A stretch of DNA of 63,598 bases, the filler included, from Kipferlia bialata (taxonomy: Eukaryota): assembly GCA_003568945.1 (NCBI GenBank). It is 7 parts of 6 records of this genome, joined end to end, with 100 filler letters (N's around TTAATTAATTAA, not from the genome) between each part and the next. Parts side by side here need not be neighbours in the genome. Positions count along the whole stretch, not along the records: positions 1 to 5,437 come from BDIP01000796.1; positions 5,538 to 13,839 come from BDIP01000797.1; 5 more parts are not named here. The stretch is one strand, 5' to 3'. Below the pieces are notes generated by a model, which ran no database searches, had not been told where the DNA came from, and was given only the letters and a program-made list of their open reading frames with translations. The translations under genes were made by a program, and so were the position numbers. Of this stretch, positions 1 through 11,811 are shown in pieces. Numbering within the stretch: the first letter of the stretch is position 1; each line of letters opens with the position of its first letter.

Positions 1-100
1 ACCTCTTTTGTTGTTTGCCCCCCCCCCCCCCCCCAGTGAACTGTCTCCTCTTTAAGTCTAATATATACAGATGTATATGTATACACATCTTTTGACCCCA

Positions 101-1631
101 GTGAACTGTCCCGAGGCCTCCAGGGGACCAGTGCATACATGCTGCAGAGGTATATGTAGTGATTGTTAATAGTACCTATGTATATATATGTCATGTCTTT
201 CATACATATTTTCGTGTGTATGTATCTGGTGCATACATGCTGCAGAGGTACAGATGACACCCCATTCATATGTATCTATCTTTGTGCATATACATTTCAC
301 CTTAGGGTTAATGACATTCATTGCTGAATACACGTATGACTATATATACATCACTCACCCCCCAGGGCCAATGCCTGTGTGCACAGACCAACTGTGCCAG
401 AGCTGTTTGTAGACCACACGGTGCAGCAGAGGTATGCGTATACATGTGTATGTGTATAGTTTGCATACTTGCTCTCCGATAAATATGAATATGGGGAGAG
501 AGAGGGAATACTAGTCCACACGGTGCGGCAGGGGTATATATTCATGCATAGAATACAATTAGTATATATATGAGATTGTACATGCGTCAGACATCTCTCT
601 CTATTCTGACACTATCAAACAGTCTACAATCTATTCCTAGCCTCCTAACGTCAGCACCCCACCCACCCTCCCATCCCGCACCCCTAAGACACAAGCAGAG
701 GGGGAGAGAGAGTTTGTGAGTGAGCTGCCGAGCAAGGGCACGGCCAAGAAGAGGGTGGGGGGGAGTGGTATCAGTACTATATACTCTCTCTATATTTCCC
801 CCACTGTGTATGTGTGTGTCTCTCTCTCTCTCTTACCCTCAGGTTGGCAGGGTGTCCTCTCTATCACTGGACACAGACATGGGAGAGACGGACCAGACAC
901 CAAGCAGGGTTAGTTATGGCTGTATCGTCACTCTTTGTGTCTCCCTTACACACAGAAGCGTGACCACTTTAGTCTCCGCCATCTATCATATATGCATTGG
1001 GTCTCCCTCACCCCCAGAAGCGTGCCTGGTTCTCTCTCTCTCTCTCTATCACATATAAACATATCGTCTGCCTCACCCCTTAGAAGCGGGCCTGGTTTGG
1101 CAAGAGGAGACCCAGGCCCATTGGCAACAGTGTCATATCACCCAGTGGCCCAGTCACACCGGACGCCCAGGTATGTATACACATATGTCGTATACACATA
1201 CTCCACCAGACGCACAGGTACGGACAGACCACTTCAACTATATGATACCTTCCCTTATTAGGCTATCAATCGGTCTCTGTGCTGTGCTATTCTCCACTCT
1301 GCTATGTCACACCAGACGCCCAGGTACGGGTACACATTTGTATACAAACACTCCTTCCTCAAATATAGGACACCCTGGTGTAGCTTCCCCCTCATGAACT
1401 GTTGCATATCCCCCTCCCCCTCACCCCATAGACGGTGGGCAGCCTAAGGATATATTACTCCCTCTCATATTCGACGCCTCATAGGATATCGTGGCATATC
1501 TCTCCCCCTCCCTCACCCTCTCAGACTGTGGGCAGCCGGAGGTTCGGCACACGCATACCCACGCCATTCAAGGTCCAGGTGTGTGGCAGCTATCCATCTC
1601 CCTCTCATACTCCCTCTCATACTCCCTCCCT

Positions 1632-1668
<37 letters not shown>

Positions 1669-1725
1669 CCCCAGCACTCCCCTGGTAGACGTGCCATCAG
1701 GGGCATCAACAAGAGGGGGAGGTAG
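101..1725 (+). CDS. 3' part of a multi-exon hypothetical protein with a basic, Pro/Ser-rich tail (5' end off contig)
   Basis: GT-AG exons join in frame: ...PPNVSTPPTLPSRTPKTQAEGEREFVSELPSKGTAKKR|VGRVSSLSLDTDMGETDQTPSR|KRAWFGKRRPRPIGNSVISPSGPVTPDAQ|TVGSRRFGTRIPTPFKVQ|HSPGRRAIRGINKRGR*. The phase of the first two exons is unresolved. No family recognised. Confidence 0.6.
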
Positions 1726-2057
1726 AGGGGATGAAGACGGATAGACAGTGAGATGGGAGGAGGACACTACCAGTGGTGCGCATATCCATCACTACACCAG
1801 TGGGGCATCCGCAAGAGGGGAGGGCCATCTCACTGCCCCAAGTATGGTAGGGACGGGAGAGGAAGAGGGGAGGGGGGCGCTGACACATATGTGTATGTAT
1901 CACCAGTACCAGAGCAGAGCATCCAGGATGCTCATGCATAGCCATCAATAGACGCATTAACTGCATGGAGTACTGCATGTGCATGGTCATGGGTGGAGCT
2001 CATGCATAACCATCAATAGACACATTAACTGCAATAGTGCTATGTGTGCATGGTGGA

Positions 2058-2346
2058 TCATGAGGTGTGCTGGGCTAGTACTGCCTTCCCTAACACCTAG
2101 GGTCAGGGTCGTATATATCTGTCGTACTAGGCCTAGAAGCATTGTAGTTACTTACTCTCCATTCCTGTTGAACCGTGAGGGTCAGTGTCCGTCTTGCTAC
2201 AGTGTATGCATAGTATATATGCATAGCCAATACTATATATAGTAGAATAGTCTGTCACCTGCTGCACCGTGAGGGTGAGTGCCCTGCTGGCCAGAGATGC
2301 CCCATGTCTAAGGAAGACAGGGTCTACATAGCCACTGGGGGTAAGG

Positions 2347-2377
<31 letters not shown>

Positions 2378-4870
2378 GAAGGGCAAACATGACAGGGTCC
2401 ACATAGCCACTGGGTGTAAGGTATATATATACACACATATAGGGAGAGAGAGAGAGAGAGAGAGGAAGGGCATACAGGACAGGGTCCACATAGCCACTGG
2501 AGGGAGAGGGGGGAGAGGGGGAGATACATTCTCGATATATACGAAGGTCACGAACCCAACCCCAAGTGCCTAACCACATTACTAAGTCCATAGACACGTG
2601 TACACAATATGTGAACATGTGTTCGTGCTTCTCTTACCTGTATATGCCATCCTACGTAACTGCCCCCACCCCTAGTGCCTGTTCACATACTATATACTAC
2701 ATATATATTACATATACAATATGTGTGTATATAAACATACCTATACACCCCATCCTTTGTGACAGCCCCCACCCCCAGTGCCTGTCAGTATATATACTTT
2801 ACTATAGAAGAGTATATTACATTCATTATACAATATGGAATCATGTACTCTTACCTATACACCCCGTCCTTTGTGACCGCCCCCACCCCCAGGGCCTGTC
2901 TGAAGGACCCACCCACAGGCACACCCCCAAACACAGACAGGGACCTGGTATGAGTATACTGACGAACTCATGTATAGATATATATATGCATACACATATG
3001 TACTATCATATATATGACAGGCACACCCCCAAACACAGACAGGGACCTTGGGTAAATATGTATATGAATACTCATGGATATAACATACATAGTCACACAG
3101 ACACACCCCCAAACACAAACATGGACCTGGGGTAAAGAGATATAGGGTGTACCACACACATATTAACCATCTGCGTACCTATCCAGGGTTGCCAGGGTGT
3201 GCTCCAGTCCACCCACAAAGGCACTGCCTATATGTGAGATGTACATCATATGGTATATATACGTCTAAGGCACTCCCTTGGGTGAAACACGACCATTATA
3301 GAGACTTTGTATAATAGTATAATCCCTAGCCTAGAATACCTGTAGCACTGTGTTTAATAGTATATTTCCTAGCCTAGAATACCTGTAGCAAATGAGACTG
3401 TGATGAACTGCATAGATATATCAGTACTCACAACACATCTTGCCTTATCCAGTCCTTGTATACATATATATATACATATACCTGTAGCTGTGAAATAAGC
3501 AGATAGATATAGATACCTATATCCAGATATCCGAGTGCATGCATGCATAGATATGTACCTGTAGCAAATGAGACTGCCATGAACTCTCTGGGTCTGCCTG
3601 AGAAGGGACATCGGGCCAGAAACTCAAGGACAGAGACTGGGGTGGGAAGGGTATGCATATAGGAATAGAACTATATATACGCTTATAAGAGTATAGGGAG
3701 AGAGAGGAACTCAAGGACAGACACTGGGGTGGGGAGAGAATATAGAAATATAGAAATTAATACAATGAGGTACATTGTATATATACACTTTCTCAGAGGA
3801 AGAAGAGATACTGGCAAGGACAGAATGGGGTGGAAAGGAAGTAGAAATATCGCTATAGAGAGTGGGGGGAGAGAGAGAGAGAAAAAGACAGGCCAGACAC
3901 TGAGGGGAAGGATGGGGAAGATGGTGACAGATTGCATACGAATCGTTTAAACACTGACACATAAGTATGAACATACCTTTGGGACTTCCATTCCAGACTG
4001 GAGACCCGAGGAATACTAAGTCAGAGCTAGAGTGAGAAAGAGAGAGAGAGAGAGAGTACCAAGGAATACAGGGTCAGAGTTAGAGTGAGAGAGTATAGAG
4101 ACGTAAGAGAGGGAGAGAGAGAGTGGTGAGGGCCAATAGATTAATACAAATAAGGACCGAAGAGAGATAGAGAGAGAGAAAGAGAGAGATAGAGAACATA
4201 TATCAATACCTTATGAATGCCTCTGGGTCTGCCTCTGCCACACTGTGATAAAGATACACACCCACACACACATATATATATATAGAGATATATATATAAT
4301 ATGAGATATATAGTGTGAGTGTCACCTTATGAATGCGTCTGGGTCTGCCTCTGCCACAGTGGCTATGGTGAGTGAGAGGGACAGGCCGGGGACTAGCTGG
4401 GAGAGCCTGGAATGAGAGAGTGGAGAGGTATCAGGACTTGGGGAGAGCACACACCCAGAGAGATAGAGAGAGGAGTCATCAACTCTACCATATAGAAGGT
4501 AGCCCCACCCGTACCTCTCCCCCTCCTCCCTCACTGTCTCTGCCATGGAGTGGGCCAGTGCCTCAGTGTACCCAGTATCAGAGTCATACACAATGTACAC
4601 AGACACAGAGAGGGGGGCAGCAGTCAAGACGTCACTGAGTGCGGCACTAGGAGGACTAGGGGGACTATAGGAACTAGAGGTGCTGTACGTGCTCATGGTG
4701 CTATGTGCACCGGTATCCGTGTCTGAGCAAGGATTGAGAGAACTTGTACTCGATTCATAGAGGGGGGAGGAGTTCAAGAACACACGTACAAAACAGACCA
4801 CAATGGCTATAAGGCACACATTCTGGATCACAGTTTCGCATGTAATGCAGATGTCTCGCCAGTGGCCCAT
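2058..4870 (-). CDS. Flavodoxin-like / WrbA-type NAD(P)H:quinone oxidoreductase with an N-terminal hydrophobic helix (multi-exon)
   Basis: Spliced motifs: VYIVYDSDTGYTEALAHSMAETV (FMN phosphate loop), FLGSPVWNGSP, MAVSFATG|SAFVGGLEHTLATLD and GYVDPVFLRHGASLASR. The N-terminus has CLIAIVVCFVRVFL followed by a Ser/Pro linker. The last exon is tentative. Confidence 0.8.
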
Positions 4871-5388
4871 GTATCTATACGGAGAGGATTCTGAGTGGAA
4901 CTACCTGACCCTTTGGATGCTGTTTTTGCAACCCCTTATGCAAGAATAGAGTCAAAAACGGATCATCAATATCAGTGGCCGACGCTTCTCTAGCAACAGC
5001 GCCCAACTGCACTATGCTGTCACTGTTCGGTAGGTTAACCATTATATATAGCTCTATAATAGGTGGGAGACGGATTGCTAGGGGGATATATATGTGTGAT
5101 GACTATACGTCGTGTATAGTCAAGTGGATCGAACGTCCATTCACACCCAATCATATTCTATTTCTGTTGCCTGTCTCTCAACGCCGAAGTAATGGATTTG
5201 TCACTAGTTGGATATATGCATTACGGGTTGTGGTGAGGGAGGGGAGAAGGGAGATTAGATACTCATCACCTACATCATTGCGAGATAGTAGCCTCATATA
5301 TATGATATACTGTCTACACCTCACCCCAGCCCGCTCTCTCGTGCAGGGTATTATATTTGCTCTATGTTTTAGAATATTAATGTATGTA

Positions 5389-5437
<49 letters not shown>

Positions 5438-5537
5438 NNNNNNNNNNNNNNNNNNNNNNNNNNNNNNNNNNNNNNNNNNNNTTAATTAATTAANNNNNNN
5501 NNNNNNNNNNNNNNNNNNNNNNNNNNNNNNNNNNNNN
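5438..5537. other. Artificial contig linker (N-run, TTAATTAATTAA, N-run)
   Basis: A 100-nt spacer with a six-frame stop cassette, identical at six places in the window. Confidence 0.97.
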
Positions 5538-5596
5538 ATCTTTATGCCGTTCTATACTGTCCCCCCCCCCCCCCCCCCCTCCCCCTCCACCCTCAG

Positions 5597-8500
5597 ACTT
5601 CCCCTCGTCCATCCACACTATGCTAGCCACCAACGTGGATGCGTCCTGCCTCATGCAGATGATCATATCTCGCAAGGCCACTCTCTCCATGTGTCAGAGA
5701 GAGACCCACAACGCAGCCCTCTCTACACTCAAGGGGCCCCAGCCCGGACACCGCAACGCACCCAAGACCCGGCGCTTCACTGCCATTGGGATTGACCCAG
5801 CCGCCCTGGAGGCCAAGGTGGGTGTATCGATACACTGTAGTAGTACATATGTATATATATCTATACCTATACCCATGCTGACACTAGGTGGGGGCTGCCC
5901 AGGCTGCGTCTAACAGGGTGGCCAGGGAGAAGAAGCTGGGCATGCGCAGGCACCAGCTCTCCCAGGCAGGGGAGAGGGACTCGTCCTGGTCCCACTCTGC
6001 GCCTGGTCAGAGGGGCAGCAGGAACAGCCAGGGGTTCAGCGTGGACTCTGAGTCTGTGGTGAGGACCCCAGGGGGCATGAGGGTGGGTGTCCTCCGCAAC
6101 GCCCAGCCCGACCCGTCCCCCCTGGTCCCGTCTCTGTCCCACGTCAATGTGTCACCGCAGGAGGGGGGGTACCCCACCCTGGTCCCCCTCCTGATCCCTG
6201 CCCCTAGACGTGATGCCTCAGACCATGTACTGAGTGCCACCACTCAGATGCGGCGGGTGGCTGCCTCAAAGGTCAGGCAGCGCATTGGCACCTTCATGGA
6301 GAGTGTGAGTGTCAGGGTGGCAGGGTCATCCATATCAGGGTCCTCTCGCATATCACACGTGTCTGCGTCCCCAGACGACTCCTCAACGAGGGGGAGTAAT
6401 GACTTCAGGCCCATACTGCGAGGACCTAACCTCAAGAAACCCATGTCCCCCCTGGGTGTGCCCAGGGCTGTGTCGTGGGGGGTGTCGAGCGAGGTCAGTG
6501 CCTCAGGGGTGTCAGTGCCACACAACAGCAACTCATTCTCCCATGGGCAGGACAGAGAGGACGACGCCTCTGAGGGCACTGCCATGGGGGTCGACTTCTG
6601 CCTCAGAGACTCCAGTCTGACTGAGGGCGGGTTGGGGTTCGCTCTCTCCTCCACCGGCCCCCTCCCCCCTCCCCTCCCCTCTGCCCCCTCTGAGGGTATG
6701 GGTATGGGTGTGGGTGTGGGTTTGGATGGGGTGGATGGCCGCAGGAGGCCCCCACCGCAGAGGGGCTGGCAGTACCAGAGTGGCAGGACACTCCAGTTAG
6801 AGCGCATTGCGGCAGGGACGGGCGAGACTGCGAGTCTGTCTGTGTCCACCCAGTCCCCCATGGGGTTCAGATTCCCTGAGTCCTCAGAGCCACCTGTTGT
6901 CAGGAGTGTGCGCAGTCTGTATGACACGCTCAGCCCAGTGGCGGGGAAGGTATGGGCCTAGAGGGTCTCTTCTATACACTATACACTCCATACCCCCCCC
7001 CCCTCCCCTCTCACCCCAGTCCCACACCCTGTCCGACATACTGGGGCAGGGCCACCCGTCCCACTTAAAGCAGAGCTGGCTGAGTAGGCACTACAGGGCC
7101 ATATACATATGGCTGGTCACTGAGCTGAGGTTGATATGTGACTTTGCCCCAGGTAGGGTCAAGGGGTCTCTGGGCCGGTGGCTCACCCTGACCCTGTCCC
7201 ACTCCACCAAGGAGCCCGGGATGGTGTCAAAGGTGGGTGGATGTTAATATACACGCATATAACGTGTATCGTACATACCCCCCCCCCCCAATATTGAACC
7301 TGTAACTGATATCCAGAAGCGTATCCACATGCTGGTCTATGGGCTTCTGCTAGCCATCCTGACCACCGACCTTGTGGGCTGGGCCGTGATACCCACATCC
7401 GATGGCCTGGGCACCATATACAGTGTCCTCAGAGACAACCACCTGGCTCTGGTGCTCAGCCTCAGCCTCGTGTTCGACTTTGTGTGCGAGGTGTGAGGTT
7501 ATATATATATATGTATGTATGAGTAGTTGCTGTTGACTGGCAAGTGTATAACTTGTGTTTCTGAGTACCCTTCCTGACCCCAGACCACCTATCTGATGAG
7601 TCTCCAGGCTGCTCGAAGCTCCCTGGGAGTCAAGCAGCAACGACACATCCGGCGCATGGTGATAGCCCAGTGCAGTGGGCTGATGCCCATCCTGCAGTTC
7701 ACTGTGATCCAGGTCCTGGGTGTGCAGCTGATACTGGAGAGCATGGTGGACGAGGGGGGCAGTCCGGAGTATGGGTACGACTGGTCCTTCATGCTGCCCC
7801 TCGGCCTCCACCTAGTGCTACACCTCATGATGCACTCTGTGTACAGGAAGCACAGGCTCTCCATGGGCTTCTGGCTAGTGCTGGCCGCTGTCTTCTATGT
7901 CGTGGTCCCCTCTGTCGCCATGTGTGTCCTACTGGTAGTGACTGACCTGGAGGTGTCCACCAAGGCCAAGGTGGTGGTGGCCATACACTCCAGTGTCCAT
8001 GGGCTGGGCTTTGCCGTGCTGCTGTGCTGTCTGTTTGGATATACCAGTGGGATGGGTCTCAGGCACAGACACGTGTTCCTGGGTGCCATCATGGAGATCA
8101 GCCATGCCAGACGCATCCTGAGCATCGTGGTCCCCCCCTCGGCACTGGATGTGTTCCTGAGGCACAGGTTCAGGGGCATAGCCAGCTCTGAGTTCTATGG
8201 GGTCATGGACCAGGTGCTCAGGGACAGACCCATACACCCAGACACGGCATGGGAGGGGAGCGGCCTGGCAGTCGACACACTCGACAGACTGTACATTCAG
8301 TGCCTGGTGCGGCTAGACGAGCCCCAGCCACCAGAGCCTGTGGCCGCTAAGATGTCTCCCTGTCCCTCCTTCAAGGGTTCTATAGAGGGCCAGATCAAGC
8401 AGTGGTACCCACAGATCGTCTACAGAGGGGGTGCAGACTCGGGGAAGTTCTCCAAGCCACCCTCCCGTCCGTTTGGGGCCTCTGTCTCCAAGGGTCTGGT

Positions 8501-9491
8501 GCGTTCTCTCTCCTCCATCCCTCTGGGCAGTGCTGTGCCGGGGGACGACTCCCATATGGACCTCCCTGGCAGCACCCCCCTGCACTCCTACACAGCCATC
8601 AAGGAGCACGTGACCAGCTTCCTGAGGGAGGACTACACCTCGTCTGCCCCCTCTAGTATCATGACTGTGTCCCCTGTCACCCTGTGCCTGGCCCTCGACA
8701 TCGTCAACTTCACCCTGCTGTCCCAGCACGTGTCGAGTGGGGAGCTGGTGGCCACGCTGACATGCCTCTTCCAGGAGTTTGACTCGCACCTGCCCAGGTA
8801 CAATGCCACCAAGGTCAAGACCGTGGGGGATGCCTACGAAGCCATGGTCCCTGTCAACCTGACATCACCCTCCGGCGAGCCTGCCTCCCATGGACAGTTA
8901 GTACATGCCGCGCTAGGCCTAGTGAGGATGGCCTTTGACATGAGGGACACCACCCATAGGATAGCGGCAGAGCTGGGGTACGACCTGGATGTACGCATTG
9001 GACTGTCCCTGGGGCCCTGCTATGGAGCCATCCTGTCCACCTCCAGCATCTCCTACGATACCTTTGGCCTAGGCCCTGCTGTGGCTAGGAGGCTGGAGCA
9101 CATTGCAGGGACTGGGGAGGTGGTTGCCTCTCGCACCCTCCTCGATCTCCTTGAGGGGGAGGGAGGTGTGCGGGTGGGCAGGGTGGTGCGCGAGTCCCAC
9201 CAGGCAGATGACGTGGAGAAGAGGCGGGCCGTGCATGCCGACTCCCTCCTCCAGCACATGTACGTGGCCCAGGCCATGGACTGTCAGAGGGAGGACGTCG
9301 AGGGGCAGATGCAGAGAGACACCACTCTGTTTGCATCCCACGTGTGCTCAATTCCAGAGGCAGATGACACAGGTGTGGACATGGATGGAGAGGACACCCC
9401 CAGGGGGGACAGCCTGTCTCGACTCCGTGCCCACTACACATCTCTGTCTACAGTTATTGGCGTCTGTGTGGAGGCCGTGGATAGGCGGTAG
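5597..9491 (+). CDS. Transmembrane class III adenylate/guanylate cyclase (5' end off contig)
   Basis: The final exon (~7584-9491) encodes several TM helices, then LALDIVNFTLLSQ, TKVKTVGDAYEAM, LDVRIGLSLGPCYGAIL and SYDTFGLGPAVARRLEH. Upstream exons lie at ~5597-5817, 5889-6950, 7020-7086, 7153-7232 and 7317-7490. Confidence 0.88.
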
Positions 9492-9895
9492 AAGGTGTGG
9501 GGATCATTATGACACTATCTGAGAGTGATTGTGGTTAGGGTCTCTTTAAGACTTGTAATTTAGCTAGTTGTGGTTGTCAGGAGTGCCTATTTGAAGGTAT
9601 AGCCTCACATCATATGAAACACTGTATACTATTGTATGAAAGTCAATATACACGTCGGTGATTGATCATGTGTGCATGGTGCGTGTGGCCTGAAAGTGCA
9701 CTGGTGGAACACGGCACCTACATTCAACATAATGACATGAAAGAATACCAATTAGTCTATTGGGCGGACATCCATACCACATCATGGTACAAGACGCGGT
9801 ACGATGCTCCCCTTCCACCATGCACCTCTCCATAGATACACTATATACATAATGAACGAACACACACAACACACACTAGAAATCAGAAGAGTCGA

Positions 9896-11588
9896 CTATA
9901 GTTGGGGGGCCGTAACTGCAGCAGGGGACTGCATCATCCCCTCTGTCCCTGCCTCTGCCCCATGCACTGGGACATCATCGATGTCACACGCCCCCTCCCC
10001 CACCACATCACAGACACCCTCCCCTGTCCCCTTGACCCTAGTCAGTACATGGCCTACTGAGTCATGCTTGACTGCAATGTGGCGCCCGATGCTACTCCTA
10101 GTGTGGGATGGGGTGGTGCACTTCAATATTGTAATTCCACACATATGCACTACGTCGGAATATGAAGACAAGATACTCTTTATGCAGTCTAACCTGTACC
10201 CACTCTCCATCATTATTATCATTATATTATCATTATCATGTATATATTATATACTATATGCACATTACCATACCTGTACCCACTCTCTTGGCCACAGACA
10301 GAGCAGTAGAACACAGACGCCCGCTCATGCTTGGTCTAGGTGTTAGGGTTAGGCAAATGGAAACGAGAGAGTAGACGTGATATATAATAGAGTACCCCTC
10401 CCCCCACCTTGTAGTGTGTCATCATGTTGCTCCTCTTGCTGAACAGTCTGCCACAGTCGGGACAGGCAACTAGACCTGGGGGTGGGTGGAATCTATGGAA
10501 TAATTGGTGAACATATCGGTGCCCTACCTGTGCCCCCGCTGGTGCCACCCCCCGCCTTCCTCTTTGCCTTGGGTGGTGCAGGCTCAGTGGTGCCTGGGTA
10601 CAGTACCTTGGCCAGGTCGTGGTGCATGCTCTGGATGTGGCGCTTCAGACGGCTGGTGGTTAATATGGATGTGTGAACTAGTATACATAGACTGATAACA
10701 GTACATACAGAGATACCCACCCACCTTGGGTATGTGGTGTCAAACTCACACACAGGGCACTTGCAGAGTGACGCAATGATGCCCCTGTACACCTCCGGAT
10801 CAAAGGCAGCCCCCTGTCCCTCCCCCTTCTCCCCCTCCTGTCCTGTGGTACCGGCCCCCTCCATCTCCCTCTCCCTCTCCCCTGCAGCACTGGTGCATGT
10901 AGACACAATCAGGTCCTCGTGGGCCTCTCTCAGGTGGTCGGACAGCTGGTGCCTCTTCCTGAACCTCTGGACACAGAATGGGCACCTGTGGGGCGTGTCC
11001 CCGCTGTGCACGCTGAGGGTGTGGCGCTTGAGATGCTGACTGGTAGTGAATGCCAGGGGGCACGAGGGGCAGGCGTAGGGCTTGTCCTTCGAGTGTGCCG
11101 ACCGTATGTGGCGTGTGAGGTGGGCCTGTCTCTTGTACGCCTTGTCACACCCGGGGTGGGTGCATGGATAGGGCCGTACACCAGTGTGCGTGGTCATATG
11201 ATCACGAAGCCTGGGGGTGAGGCAATACATACACAAATACACATTCAGTGCACGACAGACAATATCGCACCACTATAGAGTAACACACCCACCTGCTAGC
11301 CTTCCTGAATGACCTCGTACACTCAGGGCACTGGTGACACATGGGATCAGTGCTGACGGGGGCATCTCCTGTCTGGCCCTCTCCACTTGGGGTATCAGTA
11401 TCCATAGCCGTCTCAATCCTTACATCTGCAATCACACCAGTCTCTGCCTCTGCCTCTGCCTCTGTCGCTGGCACTACACCTCCCTCAGCCTGATTCATGC
11501 TGTCCTTAAGCTCACCACCCCCACCCTCTGCGTCAGGTGTCATGGGAGTATCACTGGACCCAGGGCTATCCTCAGCAGATGGAGCCAT
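9896..11588 (-). CDS. C2H2 zinc-finger protein, TFIIIA-like (multi-exon)
   Basis: Tandem fingers: CPECTRSFRKASR|LRDHMTTHTGVRPYPCTHPGCDKAYKRQAHLTRHIRSAH, CPSCPLAFTTSQHLKRHTLSVH, CPFCVQRFRKRHQLSDHLREAH and CPDCGRLFSKRSNMMTHYK. From memory, fingers 3-4 resemble fungal TFIIIA (TTxQxLKRH; FxKxxQLxxH). Confidence 0.75.
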
Positions 11589-11811
11589 GGAGCAAGGGGT
11601 ATATCAGGAACAGCCACCGAGCGCCTCCTCTCTCCCCCGACCAAGGGCCACTTGATCACTACGAGCGATACTGTGGGTTCCTTGATGAAAGAGAAGCATC
11701 TTGGGGATTTCCGGATTCCGAGGCGTATCTTTGGAGCGTTTTCATTCCCAGATTTGGTTGGCAAATCGGTGCTCATATCTCTCCTTTCTAAGCTTCATTA
11801 TCAACTAGGAG

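Noticed and set aside
5391..5437. Long poly-C/poly-G runs at contig ends as telomere-like or functional termini
   Set aside because: The same tracts occur inside intact introns. The contigs probably break at these homopolymers, so their lengths are unreliable.
6244..6927. Long antisense ORFs (also 36430-37086, 11334-11984, 8313-8789)
   Set aside because: These are shadows of GC-rich coding exons on the opposite strand, with no recognisable motifs.
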